Part shown: piece after piece, positions 1 to 14,249 of the stretch
How positions within the stretch are numbered: the stretch's first letter is position 1
Layout: the number at the start of each line of letters is the position of its first letter
Assembly: GCA_021613535.1 (NCBI GenBank)
Contig: CP075496.1
Coordinates: 3,844,001-3,908,000, forward strand
Source of the DNA: Adineta vaga
Taxonomy: Eukaryota > Animalia > Rotifera
Reading direction: 5' to 3'
DNA: 64,000 bases
Translations under genes and position numbers: made by a program
Notes under the pieces: model-generated
What the model was told of the DNA's origin: nothing
The model's input: only the letters and a program-made list of their open reading frames with translations
Database searches by the model: none

Positions 1-2
1 TC

Positions 3-689
3 ACACGTCGTAGTCATATCACCCGTCGATTATTCTCCAAATTCGTTGTCAATGGTCCATTTTACTGCTATGTTACTTGGACAAATCATACACAAGCATT
101 TGACATCTATACAGATGATAACATTCATCCGTATATAATTGTAAATATTAATGGAGATACATTAACGATCATGATTCAATCGGATGGTAATTTTAAATTT
201 ACAAGAATGGATATTCATCTGAATTTAAATCCAACAATCAAGAATATACGATTGGCTGGAATAAGTACTTTACATAGTGCAAATGTTTTAAGCATGAATG
301 TTCCATTCAGATTACAGACAGAAGGTATGAACATAAATAAAAAAGCGTGATGCTTGAAAGTTTTGAGTATCATTCTAGACACAAGTAATGTTATTCTTCA
401 ATTAAATGTTCCACATTTCGATGCTTTATTTTTATCAGCTGGAGTGACTGAATTGATAGGTCTTGTACAAGATACAGCAAATATTCGATACTATGGTATT
501 GGTGATGTAGATATTTCACAATTATTTTGTAAATCTATCAATATCACTGCAAATGGTCTTGGCACTATATGGATGACGGGTATAGATGAATGTGTGATCA
601 AAGCTGAAGGAATCAACATTGTACGATACAATTGTTCGAATAGAAATTCGATTCAGGCAATGGATTTAGCAAAAGTTATTCCTATTTAA
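3..689 (+). CDS. GIN-domain / DUF2807 (autotransporter adhesin head-like) protein, 5'-truncated by window edge; exons 3-324 and 379-689
   Basis: Open frame from nt 3 (…LFSKFVVNGPFYCYVTWTNHTQAFDIYTDDNIHPYIIVNINGDTLTI…) is spliced via a 54-nt GT-AG intron (325-378) into the ORF-track peptide (…YGIGDVDISQLFCKSINITANGLGTI…). The F-x-x-x-V-x-G-x-F…DDN-x-x-x-x-I…G-x-TL-x-I pattern and Gly-x-Gly beta-roll repeats resemble bacterial DUF2807 proteins. Confidence 0.7.
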
Positions 690-939
690 TTGCTTTTCAT
701 CTATCTCGTCGTTTTTTATCAGTTTGGCATAGATAGTTCGCAGTATGAATAATTTGTCAATTGCTAAAACTATAAGTTTATTGATAATACATTTTCGATA
801 CGACAGCAACAGCAATGACATTTCGTATTTTTATCATAAAATAAATACTTCACTGCTCTTTATCTGCAAGATTTATATACTTAAAACTCATTTATTTTGT
901 CCAAATTCTTCTTATCATTCAAAATTCGAACGAATCAGC

Positions 940-1899
940 ATGAACAATACAACGGCATTAGCTGATAGTACACTAGAATTCATTCGTATTTATATTATTT
1001 CTCGTTATTTTTATATAATTGTTTTTATTATTGGTATTATTGGTAATTTCTTTAATTTAGTTGTTTTCTTTCGAAAAAAACTTCGTAGTAATTCATGTTC
1101 TATATATTTCATTGCTTATTCAATTAATAATTTCATGAATTTGACTATGGGTTTATTTCTTTGGTCGTTAACTCTTGGTTTTCAATTTGATTTTGAATGT
1201 AAAATCTTGAGTTATTGTAAAATTCGTCGATATTTTACACATGTGAATTTTCTTCTCTCACTATGTTTATTGACCATGGCATCGGTCAATCGTTATGCAC
1301 GTGTTCAACAAGCGCAAATGACAAAACATCGTCAATACTATATCTCATTTTGTAAACATCGAACGACATATATTGTAGTAATTATAACCATTCTCTTTTG
1401 TCTTATTGCTAATCTACATATTCCAATATATTTTGAAATTAATCAAGAAGAATGTTATGCTCGTCCAGGTCTTTATCGACTTTTATTTGATATTTTCTTT
1501 CTTATTTTCTATGCTATTCTTCCACCAATGTCAATGATTGCAATTAATATTGCAACTGTCATACAAATTCGAAAGATCAAAAAATTAGTTCATCCAACCG
1601 TCTCTCGTAGTGAATATCATCTGATTATTCTTGTAATTACACAAAGTATTTCAAATGCTATTTTCACATTACCATTTACAATTCATAAATTTGTTTACTA
1701 TGTATTTACAAATTCAAATAATTCTGAAAACAATAAATTTGCTTTTGCAACTACACTTTTAATTGCATTTATGAATCCTGGATTCTCATTTTTTTTATAT
1801 ACATTAACAACACAATCGTTTCGACAGGAATTTATTCGAGCTTGTAAAGATTTCTTACTAAAAATCAAAATGTATGCAGAACAATTCAAAACAAACTAA
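940..1899 (+). CDS. Class A (rhodopsin-like) 7TM GPCR, single exon
   Basis: Seven hydrophobic segments; TM1 GIIGN; CKIRRY; DRY-like 'SVNRY'; TM7 'NPGFSFFLY'; helix-8 'FRQEF'. ATG 940 (MNNTT, N-glycosylation sequon) is a more plausible start than ORF-track 745. Confidence 0.85.
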   Translation: MNNTTALADSTLEFIRIYIISRYFYIIVFIIGIIGNFFNLVVFFRKKLRSNSCSIYFIAYSINNFMNLTMGLFLWSLTLGFQFDFECKILSYCKIRRYFTHVNFLLSLCLLTMASVNRYARVQQAQMTKHRQYYISFCKHRTTYIVVIITILFCLIANLHIPIYFEINQEECYARPGLYRLLFDIFFLIFYAILPPMSMIAINIATVIQIRKIKKLVHPTVSRSEYHLIILVITQSISNAIFTLPFTIHKFVYYVFTNSNNSENNKFAFATTLLIAFMNPGFSFFLYTLTTQSFRQEFIRACKDFLLKIKMYAEQFKTN

Positions 1900-4497
1900 A
1901 TAAACCTATAGCTGATTTATCAATAGTTTTCTCAAAGCAAATATCCAAATATAGACTCATCGTTTTGCTTATATTTATTAAGTTAGATACTGTTATGTTT
2001 ATACAAATTCTTTTTTCTTTTGTTTATCAATAAATAAGAGGAGAAAAGCATGTGTTCTTTTTATTAGAAAATTATGTCTACAAATTGATCGATGACAGAT
2101 AGACTATTTATTGATTCACTTATCCTTGGCATAAAACATATCCAACTAGTACACTACTGAATGAGATGCATTTTGTTTAATAAACATAGAATGACATGTC
2201 TCATCTTACTGAACCTCTCTTTCTCACTTGATTGATATATAGATATATTTATGTAAGATACTATACTTAGAAACATTGAAACACAGTTTTGTTAGTATAT
2301 AGACTATCATCGTTGAAATCCTGCTGAGTGATCAAGGCGATCTTACATTAGATTAAGAACTAGACGAGAAAAGTCCTTGAATGTAGTATTAACTATGACA
2401 GAGATCGTTCTTATGTCCCAGTTTGCTAATAATGATTCGTTGATTATTATACATAGGAGAATAGATTCAAATCGAATAGTGTAATGGATATCTAAAAGTG
2501 ATCTATGTGCAGATATTGACATTATTGATGTAATTCCTAGGAGACATAGACAAATGTTCTAGCCAACGTTGATCAAAGATTAGTATTAAATATAGAGCTC
2601 GATCGATTATGATTATCCTTCTTTAAGTAAGTCTCACATGCATATATTCAATGATTTTCTTCTTAGTAAATAAATGATGAGAATCGGAAGAAACATGAAT
2701 TGTTTGAGTTTAATTTTGACAAGGAAAAAGAAGCTTCGATCGATATATTGATAGTTGGTTTTTTTCTCCTCGTTCTGTTTGTTCGATAACAAGATTCATA
2801 TGTCAAGAACAGCGTAAATAATAGAGTTATGTGTGTATCACGCAGACATATCTCACTGTAATGCGTTTTGCACGATTGGCATTAGACTAGCAAATACAAT
2901 TTCCTAGTAAGGAGAAAATGTAGGTCGTAGTCAAAATGTTAATCATCTACTACGATTCCGAACTGAATGAGATAGAACGCACGAATTATTCCATGAGAAA
3001 ATTATCTAATCTTATTCTATCTCAGTCGGAGGTTTTCAACAGACACTATGCTATACATTGTAGTTAATGGAAAAATAATAAGTTATTAGAGTTTTTCTTT
3101 TTCTTTATTCGTTACTTATGACACGACATACATAAGTAATGGGAGTGATTGTATTCATGTAAGTAGTACAATTTTTGAAATTTGTTAGATAATATGTCTA
3201 TTAAATATTTATCGTGCCATACGAATGGGAAGAATATAGTTTAATATCATTTATTAGAGAAAAGTGAAGATAAGAACGAGCTATTATTATGTCAAAAGAT
3301 GATACGAGTGCCGAGTTTTTGTTATAAATAGCAGTTGTTGAATCTTAGAATAAGCATAAAAATGTAGACAGTGAAGTGCATTTTTTATGTTGCTAATTGT
3401 GTTTTTTTCTATAGAAAGACTAAACATCGTACAAGGTCAATCAACTGATGTTAAGCGACCTCTGGTATAATGCCTTTATATATAGGACAAAACTTAATTA
3501 ATTCACAATATGTTACAGATATTCTTGTTTTTTCTTCTAATTACAACTTGATTTTTAATATGTTCTACTTTATCTTCAGATGTCACTAGAATCGTATTAT
3601 CGTCTAAATATTCGATACGATATATTTTTTCTTTAGAAATCTAGTAGATTCTATCTAAAACTAGCAAAACATCTTCTCTGATTGGTAGGTATATCATGAC
3701 AATGTGTTGATGTCTTGTAAAAAAAACCGAGTAATTCAATTTCTTGCGTAGATGAAAAAATAGTTTACATCTATAACATTTTTTTACATGTCTCCCTCTC
3801 GTTCACTCGCTTTCTATATACTATATATATGCATTTATTTATACATTCATAGAATAAATCGAAATCGTCTCTTTATCAAATACCATTTAAATAACTTCCT
3901 ACTCGATTGCGTTTTAAAATCTTTATAGAAGCGAGTTTGAATCAATATATATTTTCCGTGCATATGAAATCGAAACCTATTCGTTAGAGAAAAAAAAGAA
4001 CAGCTTAAGTTTAATCCGAGTTATAAAATGGACGATGATTATCGCCTTCGTTTTCTTTTCTATTTTGAATATTTGAATTAATCTCAATTGATTAAAATCT
4101 ACTTCTCTTAAAAAGAAGAAGAAGAAGAAGTTTTTCCTTTTTTTTCTCTTTCTTTCTTCTTTCAATAGATTTTATTTCATGTTATTGGTCTTCTTATTTT
4201 TTTAACGAGTAGACGAACATCTACTGTTGACTTAATGTGTTGAGACGCGGTTGTTCAAATATAAATCGATTAAAAAAATGCCGATTTTCAATCACAATCC
4301 AATTTTAATAATATCAGCTCTCTCAATTCTTTTTATTCTTCTAATGAAATGTGTCATCTGTCAACTAAGTATCAGTCAAGTATTCTTTCGTTTATTTCAG
4401 ATTCGAACAGATGCAATCGACGAGAATGATGTAATTAGATCGTCGTTTGTATATTCTTTTATTTTCTTTCTCTCTCTCTTCTTCGTCTTCTTCTTGA

Positions 4498-7400
4498 ATG
4501 ATGTTCCCGTCCATTCTTTTAACCTTCATCTTGTATTTCGTATTATTACCAACAACAAATTCAACAAAATCAATCGTTATTGAAGTTAACGGAGATTGTA
4601 AAACTATTGGTAAACAAGTTGCCCATGAACATGGCTATCGATATGTTCGACAAGTCTGTTTCGACAGATTTCATTTCATTCATAATTAAAATATCTTGAA
4701 CATTGTTTTTTTAAAGATTTTCGATGGATTTTGTGAAATAGAAGAAGATCCAACAGCGATTCATCGTCGACGATTTCGACGTGCACTTCGACAAGGAGTT
4801 GATCCTGCAGATATTCTTTCTCAACATAAAAATGTAAATATAGAATTTAATATGTTTTCTTTTCATTAACTTTATTTCAATGTCATCCAGGTACAATGGG
4901 CAGAAAGTCAAATACCAAAAACGCGACAAAAACGTGAATTTGTTTTTAATGATCCTCAATGGAATTCAATGTGGTATTTGGTATGGGATAGTTTATATTG
5001 AAGAATGAAGTATTCTATTAATACATTGTTTAGATAAGAAATTCTCGAACGCCAAGTTTACCGGATTTAAATGTCACGGGCGCTTGGGAAATGGGATATA
5101 CAGGTCGTGGACAAGTAGTCACTTTTCTTGACGATGGATTAGAATTCGATCATCCAGATTTACAAGAAAATTATGTAAGTTTTTGTTATAAAAAAAAGAA
5201 AATATTCATTTTCTGATTAATCCTTCTCTCCATAGGATAAAGATGCAAGTACGGATATCAATGGAAATGATGATGATCCAACTCCACGTTATGAAGCAAC
5301 CAATGAAAATAAGTAAAATATAATTTCATCTACTAGCTTTTACAGAAATGATGAAAAAAAAATCTGTTTTTGTTTAGACATGGAACTCGATGTGCTGGTG
5401 AAGTAGCTGCTAAAGTTAATAATAATATTTGTGGAGTTGGAATTGCTTATCATGCTCGAGTAGGTGGTATTCGAATGTTAGATGGTGATGTAACCGATAG
5501 TGTTGAAGCACGATCACTTAGTCATCGACCTGATCATGTTGATATTTATTCAGCTAGTTGGTAAAGAATTATTTTTAAATGAGAAAAAGATCAAAATGAG
5601 AAATCGCTTATCATTAATATTTATAGGGGACCTGATGATAATGGTTTGGTAGTTGATGGACCCGGTCGTTTAGCAAAGAAAGCATTTGAAGATGGTGCTT
5701 TAAATGTAAATTAAATCTTTTGTTTTTCGATATTTATTCAATTAATTGATTGCAATTTTAGGGACGTGGTGGTAAAGGATCGATCTTTGTTTGGGCTAGT
5801 GGTAATGGTGGACGTCAATCCGATTCATGTGCATGTGATGGTTATATTACATCTATTTATACTGTATATGAAATTAGAGTTTTAAATTGAATAGATTGAT
5901 GAAATTCTTTTGTATATAGATTGCCATCAGTGCTACAACCGAGCATGGTGATAAACCTTGGTATCTTGAAGAATGTTCAGCTACTCTGGCATCAGCTTAT
6001 AGTAGTGGACAATCTAATAATGGTGAACGTGATATCGTATGTATTAGATGATTATTTTTGAAAGAAAACTTTTTCTTTGTTTTTTCTCTTTTGCAGTATA
6101 CCACGGATTTGAATCATGAATGTACCAGTCATCATACAGGTACATCAGCAGCAGCACCATTAGCTGCAGCTATTTATGCTCTTGTTTTGGAAGCGAAGTA
6201 ATTACTTAGATTAATTTGTTCTCTTTCATTTCAATTAATGATTTGATCTTTGTTTAGTCCTGGTTTAACTTGGCGTGACATAATGCATATAACAGTTCTT
6301 GGTTCTCGTCCGTATGCTATTCCATCGAATACAGAAATTGTTCGGAATGCTGCTGGATTCAATGGTAAATATTCTTATAAACAAATCCTGTGCTCTATTC
6401 GATTTTATTTGATTTTTTTATAGTTAGTAATAAATTTGGTTTTGGTTTAATGGATGCTGGTTTAATGACGTGGTATGCTAGTGGATGGAAAAATGTTCCA
6501 TCAATGGCATCATGCGAATCAGCAACAAGTGCTCCTCAACGAGTGATACCAGCACGATCCAATGAAATCTTTCCATTAAGTGTATTGGAATGTAAAGATG
6601 AAAGTGATCCACGACATGAAGTTAATTACATTGAACAAGTACAAGTATTTGTTACTTTAACAACTGAAAGACGTGGTGAAATTGAAATTTATCTTTATTC
6701 ACCATCGAATACTCGAACACAAATATTACCCGTAGGATTAATTATATTTATTATCTTGAAGATCATGTTTTTGTTTTCTACTTTTCAGAAACGTGATCGT
6801 GATCAAAGTAATAAAGGTTTTCAAGAATGGCCTTTTCTAACTGTGCAATTATGGGGTGAAGTTCCGCATGGTTATTGGAAACTTCAAATAGTTAACAAGG
6901 GTAGTGGTTCAGGTAATTAATATTTATACTTTTTTCTTATTAAAGCAAATTATGTATCTTTTGTTTTTATATTCATACATTATTTTTAGCAACATTATTA
7001 TCTTGGAAATTAGTCATCCATGGTACTCGTGAATATCCAATATCATCACGATCAAATTTTCGACCTTCGAATGAACCCGATCGAACTAGTGTAAGTCTTT
7101 ATCCGTCGTCATATTTCGATTCATCATCTCAAACGATCTATACGTTTCAATATTTCTTCATATTTATTTTTATATACTACATAATGTTTTTCTTCAATCT
7201 CGAATAGAGAATGTGATAGTAATTCTCGGGGTTTTTATTTTTCGTTTGTTCTTTTTTATTTTCTACGGAGAAAAAGTTTTTTATATTTCACTGAATATAT
7301 TCCGATTAAGTGTCCCTTTTTTTTAAACATAATTCATCATTTCGTTTGTGGACAGTGCTCGTTCTCTTCTTCTAGCTTCTTCTTAAACCTTTGCATACAA

Positions 7401-10400
7401 ATAACTATCCTTCTCAACGACAACAACGTATTCGGACATATCAATCAACTATCAGACCACCATTCTCACCGTTTGGTCAACCACCGTATTATTTTATTCA
7501 TCCATTCTTTCGTTATTTATCAAATTGGTTTTCTACATCATAATTACTTTTGATTTTTACATTCCAGTTTGTTATTTTCTTCTTTTCAAACAGTGACACG
7601 TCAGGTTTCTATGATCATATACAAATATATATATATATGTTGTTGCTGCTATAACGTTTTCTAAATAAAACAGTATGCGCGCGATAAATCTTTCTCTTTC
7701 TTTCATGCATTTGTTTTCGTTTCAGTTTTTTTTATCTTTTACTGTATTCTACTTCGAATAAAGTGAACTTATGTATCCGTGTAGACGTTTTTGAAGATTT
7801 GAAAAAGAAAGAATATTTATAAAACTTTCTCTCTTAACTAATTTAGAAAGCAATACGAAAAGCCAAAGAGGTAAAAACATTAATTAGGACGAGAAAATCA
7901 AACAATTTCATGTTTTTTACGATGATCTATTAGTTGTTGTTATTATTATTATTGTATACTCTACTTATCTATCTGTTGTATCGTATTTACAATAAATAAT
8001 GATAAGGGATTCAATAGATTTGCTAGTTTCTATCGCGCTATTTCTCTGAACTAAGTCGAATAGACGCTGCTAATTTGTAACGCTCTGTTGTTTGTTTTTA
8101 AGAGATAAAACTATAGACTGCTTTCAGTTAATTTTGTTCTTTTCATTCAAGTTAATTGTTTTTCTATTCTAGTGTCATATCGAATGTAAACCAGATGAAC
8201 CATGTGGTAAAACGGATACAAATTGTACAGCTTGTCGACATTTTAAACAACCATTAGCAGATGGAAAATTGTAAGTTTCGCCAAGGAGAGAGAGAGAGAA
8301 GATTTTTATTCAATAATAATTTTAGCCGTTGTGTTGGCATCTGTCCTGAACGAACATATCCAGTGAATGAAGATAAAACATGTTTACCATGTCATCCTCA
8401 ATGTGGTTCGTGTCGAAATGCGAGTGAAAATAGCTGTATTAGTTGTAAAACTGATTTATTTCTTGTACACGATGCAATGACTTGTACAGAATCTTGTCCT
8501 GAACAGTATTATACCGGTAAGAGAAGATTTTCTTTCAATTGGAAAACGGGCAGAATAAAATCGAATGTTTGATTTTGTTAAAATTAGATCTTCATCTTCG
8601 AAAATGTATTCGGTGTAAAAATGATTGTGCATCATGCGATACAACCTCTCAAATATGTTCATCGTGTTTCGATGGTTATGCTCTTAAGAATGCGGATTGT
8701 GTCAAAGCATCTAAACAGTGTCAATCGAATGAATATTATGATTTTAATGAGAAAGAGTAAAGAATCTCACAACATTTTGTAGTATTCTAAGATTGAACGT
8801 CTCTCTTTTCTCTAGGTGTCGATGGTGTGATTCCAGATGTTTAACTTGTAGTGGATTACGATTTGATCAATGTAGATCATGTGATAAAACTAGCAAATAT
8901 CCAAACCTTCAACACCATACATGTGTTATTTCCTGTTCATCTGGATTTTTTCTTTCAAAAACTTCATTCCAATGTCTTCCTTGTCATGAAACATGTCTCA
9001 ATTGTACATCATCAAGTGAATTAGCATGTACAGCATGTAAACTTGGTTTTGTTTTTCTTGCGGATGAACATCGTTGTGAAAAACATACCGGTAAACCATT
9101 TTATCTTGATATTAAAACAGGTGAAACACATACATGTCATGGATCATGTGCACAATGTAAAGGACCTAACCCGAGTGATTGTATTGCTTGTAATCCAAAA
9201 ACTGAAGTTCTTCTCAACGATGGACATTGTGTCAATCAATGTCCTGAAAGTTTTTATAAAAGTGAAAATAAAGCAATTGAATATGAAACAAATGTTTGTT
9301 TACCTTGTTCAATTGGATGTACGATGTGTACAAATGCAAATCAATGTCGTCGATGTAATGAATCAAAAGGATATAAATTAATGAATGAAATATGTGTACC
9401 AACTTGTAAACCAGGGTAACTAGTTTTTACAATTGAGAAGATTGTTTTGTTTTCTAAATTGATACATTGTTTTGTTTAGGACATTTTTATCGAATGATCA
9501 TTGTGAACTATGTCAAAAACCATGTATAACATGTATGAATTCAACAAGTTGTTTAACATGTGTAGATCAATTACTTTTGTTAAATGATCAATGTATTGAA
9601 CAATGTCCTGAAGGTTATTATCAATATGATCAACAATGTCTACAATGTCATTCAATTTGTGAGACTTGTATAGGTAAATAGTAGAATTAGTAATGAAAAG
9701 AAGAAGAAGAAAGTGATATGACTTTTTTTTAAAGGACCAGCTGAAGACGATTGTAAAACATGTGCAAATGGTTTTACATTCAATGAAAAAGAAAGAAAAT
9801 GTTTAAGTTCGTGTCCAAATGGAAATTATTTTGATAAAAATGAAAATGTAAGTTGAAATCGTTCTATGACATCGAGCATTACTCATTAGTTTGGAAAATC
9901 ATATCTAAATTCTCTGCTTTATTTTCTTTCAAAGGCATGCAAGCTCTGTACAAACAATTGTCTTGAATGTCTTAGTCCCGGTTCCTATTGTCGTCAATGT
10001 ATTTTCCCTATGTCACTTGATACTCTCACTCATCGCTGTTTAAATTGTTGTCCAACGAATATTACTACGAATGATTGTTGTCAATGCCCATCATCTTGGG
10101 ACGGTAAACAAATACATTCATTTTTCACATTTACATCAAACATTAATTTCTTACCTTTTTTCTCTCAAAAAAGGTTTCTGCCTTCACCCACTTGTTACTC
10201 CATCGACACATGGAAATAGTTGGTGGACATTTCCCATGGATACAATTCGTACAAAATTTAATCAATTGAATGATTCACATCAAACAATTTTTATTATTGC
10301 ATTAATTCTACTTTTAATTGGCATCATCGTTTGTCTTGTGACATGTGCTCTCTGTCAAATGTTCACATCTCGTTTATCATCGAACAAAGAACATAACAAT

Positions 10401-10553
10401 GTCGAATATGTTATGTTACAAAATATCGATGATAACGACAATGATGATGATGATGATGAAGAAGAATCAAAACCTATACCTGGTAATGGTCATACAAAAT
10501 ATGCTCAACTAACAGAAACATCCGTTTCAATGGATCATATTGAAAAAACTTGA
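4498..10553 (+). CDS. Furin/PCSK5-like proprotein convertase (S8 peptidase + P domain + long Cys-rich region + TM), multi-exon
   Basis: Signal peptide; prodomain ending RQKR|EFVFNDPQW; catalytic D (FLDDGLE), H ([10 protein letters not shown]), oxyanion N (WASGNGG), S (HTGTSAAAP); P domain with RRGE; many furin-like Cys repeats (8173-10103); TM segment, YxxL motifs and an acidic cluster in the tail. Confidence 0.95.
7376..7543 (+). CDS. Candidate alternative terminal exon of the convertase (55 aa, soluble short isoform)
   Basis: Pyrimidine-rich acceptor ctcttcttctag (AG 7374-7375) in phase 0 with donor 7091; open to TAA 7541-7543; AATAAA at 7664 and 7757. Confidence 0.5.
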   Translation, partial: LLLKPLHTNNYPSQRQQRIRTYQSTIRPPFSPFGQPPYYFIHPFFRYLSNWFSTS

Positions 10554-11024
10554 AAAGATCACGTATCTTTATTTCTTGTTATTATTGTCTTTATTCTTTT
10601 GTCGTTTGTTAATTTTGATTTCTATTCGAACAGTGACTCTATTTCATTCCATCTAAATCTCTGTTTCATGTTTTCTTTTCTCTGAATTAATGTCTTTCAA
10701 TTAAAGAAAAAAAACCCAATTACCTGACATTCTAACTATTCAGAAACAACGAAAAGATTGAATGAAATTGATTGAATCAATATTGCTCTTACGTATATCA
10801 ATCGTAGTTTATGATTGATGATTATGTATGTTCAATGAAATATTTCTCGCACTCTCTATCTTTATTTTAATTTCGATAATAAACACACTCACACCCAACG
10901 AAAAGAAAAACGTCATTTTCATTTTGTTTTCTTTTTCTATCTGTTAAAAATATTAATGAGAATATTTAATTGTTTCCTACATTTGGTTTTCTATGAAATC
11001 ATTGCACAAATATACGTATAAATG

Positions 11025-13736
11025 TTATTTGTCATTGGAGATATGTTCAATACTTTCAGTAGGAGGAGCTATGGGCGGTGAAAAGGTTGTTAAATTGAAT
11101 AATGATGCCGAATGATTGGGTCTAGAGAAAGTAAAAACAAGTATCATTTGTTATGACAATTTATGAAATATTTATATTACCGAAATGTTGAATAGGAATA
11201 ATGATCGCCTTGTGTTATACCTAATCGATCACGGACTAATTGTTTAGCAGCCTATATAATGTAAAAACGATAAGATTTTGACTTTTACATTATATTTCCA
11301 GATCATATCTTACTCGTCTTGATGCTTCGATTGCTTGTTCTTCAGTATCATGTAAACGTTCTTCTAATGTTTTAATACGATTAGTATTTTTTATCAGAAG
11401 TCTTTCCGTCTAAAATCAACATGATTCAAATGTATTTTCTTTTAAACATATGAATACGAACTTCTGCTTCTTTTCGTTTAACATCTCCGATTTCCGATTG
11501 TAATTGTTCATTTCGTCCACGTAAATTATCAATTTTTTGTTTTAATTCATTTATTTTTGTTTCACTTTGACTAGCGATTGTATGACATTCTTCTTTATAT
11601 CTACAAATCAAATGATTCTCTCAATCAAGTAAACTATCTGTGCTAGTCTTACTTGACAATCATACGTTGTTGTCGATTGACAAGATTACGTAATTCATTA
11701 AATGTTGTTCGATTAACATCATCTCTTTGTTTTAAACGTGCTAAACAATCCGTTTCTTTTTCAAGAATTTGTTCTTCATGTCGTTTAATCTAAATTCAAA
11801 TGAGAAAAATTTCAAAACAAAAACTTAATTTCTTGTTTACTAATTCCGTTATTCGTCGTTGCAATAATATTTGTTCATTTTGAGTTGATGATAATCTCTT
11901 TTTCAATTCATTTAATTCAGTGAATGTTGTTGTATAATCTCGTGTCATTTTTTCTAAATCATTATTGACTTTTTGAAATCGATCAGTTAATTCTTTTTGT
12001 TTAAGTTCATGATTTGCTTTTTCAGCTTCGAATGATTGTTGTAGTAATTTATAGGATTGATGAATTTGTTCAAGTTTTAATTGATTTTCATCACGTTCAC
12101 GTTCAGCATGAAAACAACGTTTAGCATAATCTTCATTATCCATCGTACTTTTTTCTAAATTAAATCGTCGTTCTTGTAAAATCTATAGAATCAATTCGTT
12201 TAAATACACATGATTTTTCTTTTAAAAAGCAAAATATCTACTTTATTTAATTCTTCTTCAATAGATCGTTTTGATCGTAAACATTTGTCTAATTCATTCT
12301 GCTTTTTATTTAATTCCTAAATAAAGAAATTTATTTTGCAAATAAAAATAAAAACATTTGTTTTGTCGACATACCGCTTCCATATTATTATATTCTTGCA
12401 TAATTCTTTCTAAATTTTCATTGTATTGTTGTCGAACCTCTTCAACCTAAAACATAGTTCTCGGTTTTAAGAAAGAAAATTATAGTGAGTAAAAATTTAC
12501 ATACAGCAGTACGTGTTTTTACAGCTGCTTGTTCAATCAATTCATTGATAGTTCGATGCATACGTTCATGGTTCTGTTGATCATGTCCAACAGTATCATT
12601 GGTCTGATCAATTGTTGTTTGAAAATGAACTTGATGTTGTAATTGTTCGATTGTATCATTCAATTTTTCTTCTAAAGATTGACTAGTAGAAAACGAAATT
12701 TATTGGAATTCTCGAATAATGAAAATAGAAAAAACATACTTTTGTTGAGATAGATTTTTCACTTTTATTTCCATATCATCACGTTGTTGTTTAGCGTTTT
12801 CTTTCTCTCGTACTGCATGTTCAAGTCTGAAGAATGCTTTGAAAATTTTCATCACGGAACTACATATTTTCTTTACTTACCTAACTTCTAATGCATCAAT
12901 GGAACTTTGAAATGCAACAAAAGTACCATCATATCCATTTTCTTTCTTCAAATGATTACGCAAATCATCTTGCTATAAATATATTCAAATCGATTACTAT
13001 TTTCAATTAAAAAAACTAAATATATCTTTACTATTCGATAAACATCAGCTTGAAGATGTTCATTTTGTCGTTCTAATTCCTTCACACGTAATTGAGAATT
13101 AGTCAATTCTCGACTGCGTTTTCTATAGAAGAAAAAACAATACAAACATTATGAAAGGAAAATCTTTCATACAAAAGTTCTTCGCGTATCATATGAATTT
13201 CTTGTGCTAATTGTACTTCTGCTCGAGCATGTTCTTCTTGTGCCTAAATGAATTTAATAAAATCATAATTTTCCACGAACAAAAAAACAATTTCATCTAA
13301 CTTGTTTTGCTTGCATATCAGATTTCATTAAATAAGGTTTTAATGGATCTTTTAAATCATTATTTTCTGTTTCTAATTGAAAAATTTGTTGTTTACTTTC
13401 TTCATATAAACGTAATGCATTATTTCTTTCCATTTCTAATGCTTCAATTTTTTGTTTTTGAATTTCAATAATTGGATTATTATTTAAATTAGATAGATTA
13501 TCAGGATAATTGCCTGATGATTTTTCTTCTTTAGTACGTCGTAATTCATTTCGTAAAGAATCATTTTCATCCGTTAATCGCTGAACTTTTGATCGAATTG
13601 TTTCTAATTCAGACTAGAATGAAAAGAACAAGTTTGTGCGAAAGAATGTGAAAGAAAACTGTAATACTTGAAATGCATTGATCTGTGAACGTAATTTTGT
13701 TCCATCTAGATTTGTTTCACTTCGATTTGTATTCAT
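11025..13736 (-). CDS. SCLT1: Sodium channel and clathrin linker 1-like centriolar coiled-coil protein, multi-exon
   Basis: Spliced coiled coil containing INELIEQAAVKTRTAVEEVRQQYN…CLRSKRSIEEELNK…KRCFHAERERDE…ELRNLVNRQQ…YKEEC…LEERLHDTEEQA, matching my recollection of SCLT1 motifs (IKEAAIRTRKEV, ELRELLAAQQ..RWKEE). ATG 13736, TAA 11025-11027. Confidence 0.75.
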
Positions 13737-14249
13737 CTTTATTTCGTTGGATAAAAATATCGAGTTCTTTTGCGGTTGAAATTGAAATTCATTCAGGCAT
13801 CATCTCTACCGTTTCATAGTTTGGACCTCTACAGAATTTTATGAACCAATAAGAATTGAACGCAGATGGCATCAGAATTACATTAGTATTTCGTTCATTG
13901 TAGATTGATTATGTCTATGTTATCTAAATGTCATTTACATCATCGAATCTATAATTTTCTAAATAAATGATTTGACATAAAACTGTATTATTAAGAATCA
14001 TTTGGGAAAAACTTTTATTCTTTTCATTATATATTTCTATTAGTGACATAGATATATTAAAGATAGAGATCATTTCAACATTTACCTACTCGAAAGGTTA
14101 ATATCTATCAAAAAAATAGGTGATTATTTCGAACGAAGAAAAAGTATATCATAGATGATAGCATTTGTAAAGTTTAGATCAAATTTAAAATGTGAATAAA
14201 TCATTTGTTGTATAGATAGTCACATCCTTGAGTGTCAATACATATTGGC

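Noticed and set aside
745-939. N-terminal extension of the GPCR ORF
   Set aside because: AT-rich, non-coding-like sequence; MNNTT at 940 gives a normal short glycosylated N-terminus.
2290-2640. Slightly coding-looking stretch upstream of the convertase
   Set aside because: Multiple stops and no recognisable family; at most an unidentifiable relic.
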